In this document: positions 8,836 to 17,833 of the stretch, piece by piece
How positions within the stretch are numbered: the stretch's first letter is position 1
Layout of the letters: each line of letters starts with the position of its first letter
Virus record (IMG/VR): IMGVR_UViG_3300048854_000126
Location: 41,120-105,119 of that record
From: a virus
Length of the DNA stretch: 64,000 bases
Reading direction: 5' to 3' (one strand)
Program-made: the position numbers and the translations under genes
The notes under the pieces: model-generated
Told to the model about the DNA's origin: nothing
Databases searched by the model: none
The model's input: only the letters and a program-made list of their open reading frames with translations

Positions 8836-9326
8836 CGCAGTTTGTCGAGCACGTCACCCGCTTCACACGCGGCCTCGTCCACGTCAACGGTGAAGCGCGT
8901 GATCTCGTCGACGGGCCACTTCATATCGCTGATGGGTTTTGGTTTGTCTTCGACAACGGGTCTTGTTGTGCGCCCTTGATAGTTCAGGATCTGATCGCCG
9001 TTTGTGTCAGTAGAGGGGTGAGCGTGGATCAGGGCGTTTCGCTGCTCGACGAGAGCCGTGAAGGACGCGTGGACCGCAGTCAGTTCGTCTTTCGAGACAA
9101 ATTGGAAACTCGTCTGCTGGTCGTTAATAACGCTCTCCAGACGCTCGGCAACTTTGCCCGACGTGATCGGCTTGCCCCGCGAATAGGTCGATACAAAACC
9201 GGGCTGCAGGTAGTCGATGATGTAGATGATGGTCCACTCGTAATAGGCGAATAGATAGATAGCTGTCCCGAGACGGGCTGTGTAGCCCGGATCGAAGGGC
9301 ACGCGGAGTTGTAGGTCTTGTGCCAT
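8832..9326 (-). CDS. Opposite-strand moron, HEPN-like protein
   Basis: GAGG RBS; helical protein with E (AYYEW) and RNALIH (Rx4H) motif. Confidence 0.6.
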   Translation of the reverse strand: MAQDLQLRVPFDPGYTARLGTAIYLFAYYEWTIIYIIDYLQPGFVSTYSRGKPITSGKVAERLESVINDQQTSFQFVSKDELTAVHASFTALVEQRNALIHAHPSTDTNGDQILNYQGRTTRPVVEDKPKPISDMKWPVDEITRFTVDVDEAACEAGDVLDKLR

Positions 9327-9417
9327 GTGGCACCTCATTGCAGTTAAAGAGCGGCAATCCTAGCTGGTTGCTTCGCGAGACACAAACAACAGTATGTAAA
9401 CCCGGTCCATGTTGCGG

Positions 9418-9444
9418 TGACTATAATTAGTAACAGATTAGTAA
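9418..9444 (+). promoter_or_regulatory. Degenerate operator(s) overlapping TATAAT
   Basis: TGACTATAAT followed by TTAGTAA-caga-TTAGTAA. Confidence 0.55.
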
Positions 9445-9459
9445 TCATTCGAGGGAAGC

Positions 9460-10035
9460 ATGACCATTATCAGCGGCGTGGACATAGAGACGACCGGGCT
9501 CGACCAGACGGCAGGGCATCGCATCATCGAAGTCGGTGCGCTCCTGTTCGAGCTCGAGTCCGCAAAGTTCCTGGGCAAATACGTCCAGCGCATCAATCCC
9601 CAGCGTCCGATCGACCCGGCGGCGCAAGCGGTGCACGGGATCACGTTCGACATGCTCGCGCACGAGCCGACGTGGGAACAGGTCGCGCCGAACGTTCACC
9701 GTGTGCTGACCGCTGCCCGGTTCATGGCGGGGCACAACGTGCGCGGCTTCGACTGGCCATTCCTCGCGGGCGAGTTCCAGCGCATTGGTATGTCGGTGCC
9801 GGAGATCGAGCTCATCGACACGATGGAGGAGGGCCGCTGGGCCACGCCGCTGGGCAAGCTGCCCAATCTTGGCGAGTTGTGTTTTGCGTGCGGAATCGAC
9901 TACGACCCATCCAAAGCGCACGGCGCCGAATACGACATTGACGTGAACATGAAAGCCTACTTCGCTGCCCGCGCGCAAGGGTTCTTCGGACCCGCGATCG
10001 TGCAGCCTGTTCCCCTCATTCTGGAGGCAGCATGA
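9460..10035 (+). CDS. DEDDh 3'-5' exonuclease (DNA pol III epsilon-like)
   Basis: DIETTG, HN..FD and H.A.YD motifs. Confidence 0.92.
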   Translation: MTIISGVDIETTGLDQTAGHRIIEVGALLFELESAKFLGKYVQRINPQRPIDPAAQAVHGITFDMLAHEPTWEQVAPNVHRVLTAARFMAGHNVRGFDWPFLAGEFQRIGMSVPEIELIDTMEEGRWATPLGKLPNLGELCFACGIDYDPSKAHGAEYDIDVNMKAYFAARAQGFFGPAIVQPVPLILEAA

Positions 10036-10403
10036 GCGACTTCAACTTCGATCTGGAATTCGCGCGCTCCGGCGCACCTGATGCCTGCCGACCGTGGCCG
10101 CACAGCGGTAAGGAGTTCATCGCGTTCTTCGCGGTGCTGCCCGAGGACGCGGGCGACGACGGCCAACGCGTGTGGTGGCTCAACCCGCCCGACTGCGTTC
10201 AGGAGGTCATGTCTGACTACGGGACGATTGGCGTTGTGTCTGATGAGCTTTTTCGCGTCTCCGAGTGCATTGAGCTCCAGACCGCCGGGCTCTACCGCGC
10301 AAAGCTCGCCTTCTTCACCGAGTGCAGCACCGATTACGAAAGCGGCCACGAAGAGTGCGATTACGGCTTCTCCATCATCACCACTGAAAAGGTGCCGACA
10401 TGA
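10032..10403 (+). CDS. Hypothetical acidic protein
   Basis: ATGA overlap; GGAGG RBS. Confidence 0.75.
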   Translation: MSDFNFDLEFARSGAPDACRPWPHSGKEFIAFFAVLPEDAGDDGQRVWWLNPPDCVQEVMSDYGTIGVVSDELFRVSECIELQTAGLYRAKLAFFTECSTDYESGHEECDYGFSIITTEKVPT

Positions 10404-10804
10404 GCGCGATCAAGGTGGACCACCCGGCGTTCGATCGAACGATAGACATTCTCGTGCCGGGCAAACACATCGTTTGCTTCAAAGTGCCGAAGGTAGTCCC
10501 TACCGACGCCGCGAAAGCGTTCGTCGAAGCCTATTCCGCGCTTGTCGACAAGTTCGCAGCGGACCTCGCAGCAATTCCCGGCGCGTCAGCCGCGCGGGAG
10601 TTTGGCGGGCATGTTACTCGGCCAAGCAAGACGTGGCTCTATGCGAAGCCGGCTGCGGAGCAATTCAACGATGACGAAATCGCTGAGATGAAGGCAGCAA
10701 CGCTCGCGGCTTTCCCTGATGGTCGGATTGCCGGCGAATGGCACAACCAATCGAGCGGGTGGCCGGGCTACTCGATTCAAATCGCTCACGGAGATACGGC
10801 ATGA
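10400..10804 (+). CDS. Hypothetical protein
   Basis: ATGA overlap. Confidence 0.75.
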   Translation: MSAIKVDHPAFDRTIDILVPGKHIVCFKVPKVVPTDAAKAFVEAYSALVDKFAADLAAIPGASAAREFGGHVTRPSKTWLYAKPAAEQFNDDEIAEMKAATLAAFPDGRIAGEWHNQSSGWPGYSIQIAHGDTA

Positions 10805-11412
10805 AGCGCCACGAAATCAAGCAACTCCTACTCGACCTGAACCCGCAGACAGTCGCCGAGCATTCGTGCTTCGACCACCACGTTGTCGGCATGGACTACT
10901 TGTGCCTGCACCGCTCGGACAAGCTCACGGTCAAGCTGTATTTCATCGACCCGAAGCACATCAACGCGCCCGCTGGCGACGATCTCGTCATCCCGCATAC
11001 GCACCGCTATGCATTCGAGAGCACGGTCCTCGCTGGCAAGCTCGGGCACATGCAGTTCGAAGAGTGCGGCGCGACTGACCACAACGCCGAAGAGGTCGAG
11101 CGCTTCACCTATGTGCCGGAGGCGAAGACGCGCATTGGCGGGCTGCAGGCGCACATTCGTTTGATCCAGTCGGTCGATCACCGTAGCCACCTCAACCCGT
11201 CCTACTGGTGCGACACAAAGACGATCCACACCCTGGCCGTGCCGCGCGAGCAAGTGCTGCTTGGACTCGTGCAGTTCGCCGATACCGTGCCGACGTCCCA
11301 TGTTTATCTTGAGAAGGGCGGGGAGATGCGTTTTACCGAGCCCCGAACCATGAAGCCAATCGACGCATGGAACATGCGCAACAAGGCGCTCGAAATGATG
11401 GAGCAAGGATGA
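10801..11412 (+). CDS. Cupin-fold-like protein
   Basis: PHTHRYAFESTVLAG and distal IHTL metal-binding cupin pattern. Confidence 0.6.
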   Translation: MKRHEIKQLLLDLNPQTVAEHSCFDHHVVGMDYLCLHRSDKLTVKLYFIDPKHINAPAGDDLVIPHTHRYAFESTVLAGKLGHMQFEECGATDHNAEEVERFTYVPEAKTRIGGLQAHIRLIQSVDHRSHLNPSYWCDTKTIHTLAVPREQVLLGLVQFADTVPTSHVYLEKGGEMRFTEPRTMKPIDAWNMRNKALEMMEQG

Positions 11413-11888
11413 GCAAAGCAAAAGTGAAGGTGATCGTGGAGGGTAAGGCGGGGTCGGGCGCACACAGCGTCGCGCGCCTCATTGCAAATGCTTTGATCGC
11501 TCAAAACGCCGAAGTCCAGGTCAATGAGGATGAGGCCGATCTGTTCTCGAAGGCGCCGATCCGGACGATGGAAGGGCTTACGGTTGACCTGAAGCACAAG
11601 CAACTGCCGCGTGTGAAATCCGACTTGCTGAAGGTCAAGTTATCTCAGGAGGAATGGACTGCGGTGCAGATCATCCGTGGTCGCCGGATGACGGGCCTCG
11701 TCGATCACAAGACTCAGGACGGGCTCTATTACTTCTGGTGCTGGGGCAGTCAACCCACGGGTGCCGACCGCGTGACGGGCAAGACGCCGCTCGAGGCTGC
11801 TGAAGCGCACATGAAGGTCTACGAGCGGTGGGAAGGTGGCACACAGCAAATGTCGATCACCCCAATACGAAAAGCGAGGGCAGCATGA
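11409..11888 (+). CDS. Hypothetical protein
   Basis: ATGA overlap; degenerate P-loop-like GKAGSG at N-terminus. Confidence 0.7.
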   Translation: MSKAKVKVIVEGKAGSGAHSVARLIANALIAQNAEVQVNEDEADLFSKAPIRTMEGLTVDLKHKQLPRVKSDLLKVKLSQEEWTAVQIIRGRRMTGLVDHKTQDGLYYFWCWGSQPTGADRVTGKTPLEAAEAHMKVYERWEGGTQQMSITPIRKARAA

Positions 11889-12058
11889 CTCAGGACGAAA
11901 TCGTTGTAACGATGCTTCACGGTGTAATCGCCCAGATGGAACCCGAACAGCAAAAGCAGATCCGTGACTACGCCGCCGAGCTGCGCGCGAAGGTTGCCGA
12001 CAATCCGACCCTGGCAGTCGCCATCGGTCTGGTCTGCGCAGAGATAGCTGCGCAATAG
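11885..12058 (+). CDS. Small hypothetical protein
   Basis: ATGA overlap; GAGG RBS. Confidence 0.65.
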   Translation: MTQDEIVVTMLHGVIAQMEPEQQKQIRDYAAELRAKVADNPTLAVAIGLVCAEIAAQ

Positions 12059-12066
12059 GAGGACCG

Positions 12067-12273
12067 ATGCGCCGTTACTTCCTCTGTTACACCTACTGGC
12101 GTGCGGACGGGCAGAGCACGCAGGGCGTCGCCTGCACCGAGATCGAGCGGGAGAAGCCGATTTACGGCTTCGAGGACGTCCGGGAGATCATCGCGCTGCT
12201 CAAAGAGCGCGGGAACTTCGAAAACGTGGTGGTCCACAGCTGGCAGCTTTTCGAGGGTCAGCCATGCTCGTGA
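12067..12273 (+). CDS. Small hypothetical protein
   Basis: AGGAGG RBS. Confidence 0.7.
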   Translation: MRRYFLCYTYWRADGQSTQGVACTEIEREKPIYGFEDVREIIALLKERGNFENVVVHSWQLFEGQPCS

Positions 12274-12977
12274 CCGTGATCGCTGACGCATCGTATGACC
12301 ACGGCACGCGCGCCGGCGGGTTCGGTTACTGGGCAGTGTCACAACGCAAGCGCCAGAGCGGTGGTGGCCCGTTTAAATCGCTCTCGCGCAACAACAACGT
12401 CGCCGAGATGATGGCGCTGATGAACGGCGTGCACATGGCGTTCGTTCACGGTGTCGCTTTCCCGGGCGACGCAATCCTCGCGCAAACCGACTGCACCGCG
12501 GCGATCCTGGCATTCGAGGGTAAGCGTGTCCTGATGAACGACGAGAAAATTCTGGTCGAAGGGCTGCAAACGCTTTTAAAGCTTAAGGGCGCGACGATCC
12601 GGTTCAAGCACGTCAAGGGCCATACGAACGGGGCCGAGCCCCGCCTATGGGTCAATAACGCGTGTGATGCGGTCGCAAAACGGGGAATGCACGCCGCGCG
12701 GGACCGGGCGCGCACTGAGCGCATGCCTTTGCTTAGTGAGGTGCCAACGCCGCCGAAGCCAGTCAAGTCGCCCGAGCAGCGCGCCGAAAAGCGTGCGCAG
12801 AAGCAGGTGATCCGCAAGCAGGATCAACAAAACCGGCGCACTTTCGCCTTCAATCAAAAGGAGTGGGAATCGTATGTCCTGGACCCCGAGCTTTCATCAA
12901 TTCCGCCTTGGGCGGAACAAGAGCTACCTGAACAGCGTGTGGCTGGGAACGATCTGGTCGGCGCTCACGCTGCCTGA
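12264..12977 (+). CDS. Ribonuclease HI-like protein with disordered C-terminal tail
   Basis: DAS, AEM.A, TDC, HVKGH and N..CD..AK RNase H motifs. Confidence 0.88.
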   Translation: MLVTVIADASYDHGTRAGGFGYWAVSQRKRQSGGGPFKSLSRNNNVAEMMALMNGVHMAFVHGVAFPGDAILAQTDCTAAILAFEGKRVLMNDEKILVEGLQTLLKLKGATIRFKHVKGHTNGAEPRLWVNNACDAVAKRGMHAARDRARTERMPLLSEVPTPPKPVKSPEQRAEKRAQKQVIRKQDQQNRRTFAFNQKEWESYVLDPELSSIPPWAEQELPEQRVAGNDLVGAHAA

Positions 12978-13143
12978 GATCCTGCTGTTCAGCTTCATCG
13001 TGCCCAGTTGCTACCGCCCGCGCACGGCCCTCGTGCGTGTGTGGGCAACGCTCGTGCTCGTCGTGAAGTTGCCCGTCTTCGGGTTGCTCGGTGGTGTGAA
13101 GAGCGAGGACGTGTCGGTCGACGAAATGATGTCGCAGACTGGT

Positions 13144-13476
13144 CTAGGTCGGGCTGCGGAAGGAGGGACGTGCGAGTAAAGACTTCGAGGCAATGATGGA
13201 GCTTGCCTCCATCTCAGGCCTTTCCCCATCAATCCTTCTATTGGCGTCAAGCAATCGGTCAATCGTGCGGCGAGCCTGCTTAAGTGCTTGCTCGATCACT
13301 CGCTCCGCGGTTGCGCAGTCGACAGATCTCAAGGCATCGGGCGGGATCGGTGTCTGTCTGTTTTGCCCTTTTATACCGATCGTCAATCGCATGACCATCG
13401 GGGGTTCACCGTCCGTATCTGCGACATCGACGTTAATATCGAATGCTCGATAAGTCTCACTATGCGTTTGCGCCAT
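13144..13476 (-). CDS. Opposite-strand moron, hypothetical protein
   Basis: 110-aa ORF in a lower-GC island. Confidence 0.6.
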   Translation of the reverse strand: MAQTHSETYRAFDINVDVADTDGEPPMVMRLTIGIKGQNRQTPIPPDALRSVDCATAERVIEQALKQARRTIDRLLDANRRIDGERPEMEASSIIASKSLLARPSFRSPT

Positions 13477-13562
13477 CGATGTCGTCTCGGTTATTGCAAT
13501 AATCCTACCATGGCGCAGCGCGTAAATGTGTTGTAAACGCAGACATTAGGGTTCCTCTTAGT

Positions 13563-13772
13563 TTAATGACTATCGCACCATTTCTCGGCCCAAAAGCGCG
13601 CGAATCCGAGAGCAAGCGCTTCTGTATCAAAAGAACGAAGGTAGCCCGACTTGGTTCCGCTCGCTTCCAGGCCAACAGATGCGGGCCGCGAGATTGTCGC
13701 TTGTCCTAAAAAGCCACCGGCAGTTTGGGATACGCAGCACTCGACGTTGAACGAGTCGTATTTAAAATGCAT
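13563..13772 (-). CDS. Opposite-strand moron, small hypothetical protein
   Basis: AGGAGG RBS; 69 aa. Confidence 0.65.
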   Translation of the reverse strand: MHFKYDSFNVECCVSQTAGGFLGQATISRPASVGLEASGTKSGYLRSFDTEALALGFARFWAEKWCDSH

Positions 13773-13981
13773 GAATCCTCCTATTTAAGGAAATTTCAGT
13801 ATGCGCCTATTAAATTGCGGCGGCAGAGCCTTTGAGAGAATCGCGTCAAGGCGTTCGAATCTTGAGGGGTTCATCGCTGTTAGTCGCGAGACGCATGTCA
13901 TCCACGGTGCGGAAATCGTTGAACAGGCAAATGAGACAGGAGTGGCATTAACATTCGCCACCAGACTCTAAAGGCTGTGAC

Positions 13982-14167
13982 ATGAACAAGGCTTACGCGT
14001 CGGTGGTAGTTCTCGTCTGGTTCGGAGCATCCGCCGTTATCTACGATTTTTTGGATGGGGCCGGCGACTACGATGTCGTGATGTCGCTCCTATTAGGAGC
14101 GGGGGCGACTTGGCTTCCCATCACTGTCTATGAAATTTGCTCCAACCGGGACGGTCCTGGTAAATGA
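13982..14167 (+). CDS. Small two-TM membrane protein
   Basis: Two hydrophobic segments. Confidence 0.55.
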   Translation: MNKAYASVVVLVWFGASAVIYDFLDGAGDYDVVMSLLLGAGATWLPITVYEICSNRDGPGK

Positions 14168-14228
14168 CAACCGGGAAGATCCCGGACACTGCGGGAAGTT
14201 TGCCGCGCCTCGAAAAAAGGAGTTGAAC

Positions 14229-14702
14229 ATGCAATTCGTCAACCGCAATGGCGTGACCATTCCGGGCCCCACTTGGGAAGAGCTCCAGGCAAATCACGAA
14301 TATCGATATTTCCGGCAGTTCGAGAACGAGAAGATCCACGCGTCGTGTGAGTGGCTGGGCCTCGCCAAGAACGTTAAGACCATTCCCCGCAAGCACTGGA
14401 AGCTCTACCGGTTGAACGTGGAGAACATCGTCACCACTGACGGCGAGGGGCGGCCGCTTGGTGCATCGCGCCGCTCGATTGATCCGCAAGTCACGCGTGA
14501 GTTTCGCACCGAGCAGGAGTGCATCGACGCCTACGAGGACTTGCTCGTGCGTTACGCCGGCTGCGAATGGCTGCCGTCCAGCACGGGCGAGACCGGTCGC
14601 CAGTTTGTCGAGAAGGGCAACGTGCTCGTTCCTCCGTCGCCCGATGTGCCCGACACGCGCGGTATGGATAAGGACATCGCGGACCTGGCAGGGAGTTGGT
14701 GA
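14229..14702 (+). CDS. Hypothetical protein ending in LAGSW
   Basis: AGGAG RBS before ATG 14229. Confidence 0.8.
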   Translation: MQFVNRNGVTIPGPTWEELQANHEYRYFRQFENEKIHASCEWLGLAKNVKTIPRKHWKLYRLNVENIVTTDGEGRPLGASRRSIDPQVTREFRTEQECIDAYEDLLVRYAGCEWLPSSTGETGRQFVEKGNVLVPPSPDVPDTRGMDKDIADLAGSW

Positions 14703-14932
14703 TGAAGAAGTTCCTGCTATTTGTTGGTATGGACGTCACCGCGTTAGGCGGGTGGCACGACCTGTCGGACTCGTTCGATCAGTGTGATGATGCGGTCCGG
14801 CGGGGCGTAATGCTTTGCGATGGCACGAACCACAGCGACGATCCGCTATCTGACTTCTTCCACGTCTATGACTGGTGGCATGTTGTCGACGTAAGCAGAG
14901 GGGAAATTGTCAAACAGGGCAGTGCCAACTGA
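14702..14932 (+). CDS. Small hypothetical protein
   Basis: TGATG overlap; GGW.D..DSFD...DWWHVVD pattern. Confidence 0.7.
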   Translation: MKKFLLFVGMDVTALGGWHDLSDSFDQCDDAVRRGVMLCDGTNHSDDPLSDFFHVYDWWHVVDVSRGEIVKQGSAN

Positions 14933-14949
14933 TGACCTAATGCGACGAA

Positions 14950-15189
14950 GTGGCCAGGGCGATGATCGACGGCTACATCGAATGGCTGGACCGCCAGGCG
15001 CGTATCAGGTCGTCCTCATCGGTCAATGCCTACGTGCGTCTGCAAATGCCGGATGAGAGCGAGACGGTGCGATCCAATGTCGGCGATGCCCTTTACGAAA
15101 GAGCGAAGGCGCGGGCACGTGGCGAGAGCAAAGCCAATGCGCCAAGCGATGATAGCGATAGTTCGGACCCGCTGGCGGGAAGCTGGTAG
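14950..15189 (+). CDS. Small hypothetical protein ending in LAGSW
   Basis: C-terminus shared with the 14229 gene; start uncertain. Confidence 0.5.
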   Translation: MARAMIDGYIEWLDRQARIRSSSSVNAYVRLQMPDESETVRSNVGDALYERAKARARGESKANAPSDDSDSSDPLAGSW

Positions 15190-15225
15190 GATGAATTGCC
15201 GTTTCTCAGAACGGCACAGCGTGGT

Positions 15226-15258
15226 AAAAATTGGGGCACCTTCGGGTGCCCATTTTTT
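15226..15258. terminator. Bidirectional intrinsic terminator
   Basis: A-run, GGGCACC-ttcg-GGTGCCC, T-run, between convergent genes. Confidence 0.75.
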
Positions 15259-15514
15259 ATTCTATCGCCGCGCCTCTGTCCGTGAGAATGAAGTTTTTTG
15301 GTATCGAATCTTGCTGGACTGTGAATAAATCGTTTGCTTCCGCGTATTTCAAGGCTGCATCGAACTCCTCATCGCCGAATTCTCCATCAGCGTCATGCCA
15401 CTGCGACAAGACGCTGTTTGCTGCAAGGCGCATGCCGGCCACCCAGTTAAACTTCGACTTGCAACGACGGATCATCTCTTCGGCGCATTCTTGCGGGGTG
15501 TGCTTCAGTGCCAT
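15257..15514 (-). CDS. Opposite-strand moron, small protein (possible winged helix)
   Basis: AGGAG RBS; C-terminal FILTDRG wing-like motif. Confidence 0.65.
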   Translation of the reverse strand: MALKHTPQECAEEMIRRCKSKFNWVAGMRLAANSVLSQWHDADGEFGDEEFDAALKYAEANDLFTVQQDSIPKNFILTDRGAAIE

Positions 15515-15796
15515 TTTTTGTCTCCTGTTAAAAGGTGCTCAATATATCGCTTTCCCCTCCAGAATAATTTAATCAATCGCATGCGCGCGCACTCCCATAT
15601 AGCGAGAAAGCATCCAAGAGCGCAGGCTCAGCGCCACTAAGTGGTCAATAGAATTTCAATTGTCGATGCAACGCAACGACGCAGCAGGGAAGGGTCAGAA
15701 AGCATCCTGACCCACGCGATACGCGCCTCATCCCTGTCTGCAAAATTGATTCTGACGCGAACGAACGCGTTACCACTCACTCAGGGAGAACCCGAA

Positions 15797-16834
15797 ATGC
15801 AAGTCACGAACAAGCCCCGCCGCGCCTCGAAGAAAGTCATCGCCGCAACGGTCGAAGTGAACATGTTGGGCGCGGGCACTGCCGCTGCAGCACCGATGGA
15901 CCCGGAGCTCGCTGCACTGCTGAACGTTCTCAACGATCCGAGCGAAGAGTCCGCCGGGCTGGAGCTGGTCGAGCAAACGAACGCTGCGCCGAGCGATGAC
16001 ATCATCGAGCAGTCCGTTGTCGAATCGCTCGACGTCAGCGCCGCGCCGGTGGTCGTGATCGAACAGCACGCCGAGCCTCAGACGCATGAAGTCGAAGCCG
16101 CGGTTGCTGGCCTCGAAGTCGCCGAAGCATATGCACTGACGCCCGCTGACGCAGCGCCGCTCGAAGGTGCCAGCGCCCATGAACTCGAAGCTGAGCGCCT
16201 GCTTGCTGAAGAAGCGCTGATCCAGTCGAGCACGGTCGAGAATGCGGAACCCGCTGCGGGCGATGAAGCAGGCACCGCGCCGAAGAAGGAACGCACGCCG
16301 CGTGTGCACTACGCCAACAAGACCGACCGCATCAAGGCGCGTCTGGGTGCGCAGTTGGGAGACTACCTCGTGCTGGAGCTCGATGACGCCGCACTCGAGG
16401 GCGATGCGCTGAAGGCCAAGCAAGATGAAACGCTCGCCGTGATCGACGGTATGGCAGAGAAGGTCAAGAACCGCGCGTCGCTCCTCATCGACTGGTTGTC
16501 GGGCAAGACCGGGAAGCCGAACGAAATCCTTAAGCGCGCGCTTGATGTGCTCGCCGCAGACGGGAAGATCCAGACGGGCGACAATGGCAATCTTCACAAG
16601 AATTTGCTGTCGAAGCCGTATTCCCCGAGCGCAGCGCGTGCGATGGGCCGCAACACCGTGACTGTCATGGAGAAGACGAAGATGATCGTCCAGTCGGGCA
16701 AGGGCGAGTTCGTGCCGAACCCTAGCTCGCTGTTCCTGGCGATGGCGAACGAAATGGTGAAGCCGGCAGCCGGTCCGGCTGCGACAACCGTCGTCGAGGA
16801 AACGAAGGTCGAAGAAACGTCGGCGGCCGAATGA
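15797..16834 (+). CDS. Protein with acidic disordered N-terminus and conserved C-terminal (putative DNA-binding) domain
   Basis: GGGAG RBS; Glu/Ala-rich linker; basic C-terminal domain. Confidence 0.85.
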   Translation: MQVTNKPRRASKKVIAATVEVNMLGAGTAAAAPMDPELAALLNVLNDPSEESAGLELVEQTNAAPSDDIIEQSVVESLDVSAAPVVVIEQHAEPQTHEVEAAVAGLEVAEAYALTPADAAPLEGASAHELEAERLLAEEALIQSSTVENAEPAAGDEAGTAPKKERTPRVHYANKTDRIKARLGAQLGDYLVLELDDAALEGDALKAKQDETLAVIDGMAEKVKNRASLLIDWLSGKTGKPNEILKRALDVLAADGKIQTGDNGNLHKNLLSKPYSPSAARAMGRNTVTVMEKTKMIVQSGKGEFVPNPSSLFLAMANEMVKPAAGPAATTVVEETKVEETSAAE

Positions 16835-16843
16835 AGGCGGGCA

Positions 16844-16866
16844 GGGCGGGCTTCGGCCCGCTTTGT
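16844..16866 (+). terminator. Intrinsic terminator
   Basis: GCGGGC-ttcg-GCCCGC-TTTGTT. Confidence 0.65.
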
Positions 16867-17048
16867 TGCCCACGGTGCAACGCCGTGGCAGGTATCAGCG
16901 TGCCACCCCTCCCGTATTACCCCTTCCCATAACGTCAATCGTCTATCTACGAGTAGGCCCGGGTGCGGCAGTTCGGTAAAAAGTTGCACCGTTCGCGCAA
17001 CTTCTTGCAGAAACCCAGAGGGCCAGGGTTCGGCGTGCCTATACTGGA

Positions 17049-17066
17049 ATAGTAAGCAATGACTAA
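17049..17066. promoter_or_regulatory. Operator copy
   Basis: ATAGTAA-gcaa-TGACTAA, after TATACT. Confidence 0.8.
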
Positions 17067-17113
17067 TCATTGCCTCGCTTTCATAGCGACAATTTAGTCA
17101 CCGAAACGACCCA

Positions 17114-17770
17114 ATGAGCACCGCAATGATCGTCCGAACGCTTACCTGTGCCGAACACAAAGACTATGGATTCATGGGCTGGCGCCCGAACTGGATTCCG
17201 CACTTCGACCCTTCATCCGGGCTGGGTGTCGCGCATGACGTCCTTGAACACGCACGCCGTGATCCGGGAACGATCGAGTCCGAATTCCAAGCGTTCGGCG
17301 CGATCGTCTGGTTGCGCGGCGAGAGCGGCTGGTTCTACGAGCACCGCCCGCACGCGTCCGATATCGCCTGGCAGATGGCGAGCGACTTCATGCAGCAAGC
17401 CGAGTATCTCGACGGCGAAGGTCGAAAGCTGCATCGCGCGCCGAAGACCCGGCCGCTTGCCTACGACGGTGCGGAAGACATGGTGCAGCGCTGCGTCACG
17501 AAAGGCTTGGCGTTGATCCGCTCCGAGCATGAGGACGGCTACCTGCATGGGCTGATCGACCGCGAGTCGGCAGTGAGTTACATGCGCATGGGTTATCGCG
17601 CCGCCGAGCGCCGGCTTGGCGACAGTTGCGGGGCGGCCAGTCTGTTCGACCGCATCTCGGAGGGCGCTGATCGCCACCTGAAGAACGCGGAGCCCGGCAT
17701 GGAGCTCACGTTGCGCGTCGATACGCGTGCCTTCCGGGTGCAGATGGACGTCGATTACCCGAACGACTAA
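17114..17770 (+). CDS. Hypothetical phage protein with HDxxEH motif
   Basis: GLGVAHDVLEH...EFQAFGA. Confidence 0.8.
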   Translation: MSTAMIVRTLTCAEHKDYGFMGWRPNWIPHFDPSSGLGVAHDVLEHARRDPGTIESEFQAFGAIVWLRGESGWFYEHRPHASDIAWQMASDFMQQAEYLDGEGRKLHRAPKTRPLAYDGAEDMVQRCVTKGLALIRSEHEDGYLHGLIDRESAVSYMRMGYRAAERRLGDSCGAASLFDRISEGADRHLKNAEPGMELTLRVDTRAFRVQMDVDYPND

Positions 17771-17813
17771 TCCGACCGGGCGCCATGCGCCCGTTTCGAG
17801 AATAACCACATCG
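17770..17813 (+). promoter_or_regulatory. Hairpin-spacer element B
   Basis: ATCC-N24-GAGAAT-aacc-ACATCG; stem CGGGCGC/GCGCCCG. Confidence 0.7.
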
Positions 17814-17833
17814 CAATCATCACGGGACCAACC

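Noticed and set aside
13846-13865. GTTCGAATC resembling a tRNA T-loop
   Set aside because: No proper T-stem, acceptor stem or anticodon arm; no tRNA genes were found in the window.
16867-17070. Minus-strand 158-aa ORF 16594-17070
   Set aside because: It overlaps a real gene, a terminator and an operator, and has no RBS or motifs.
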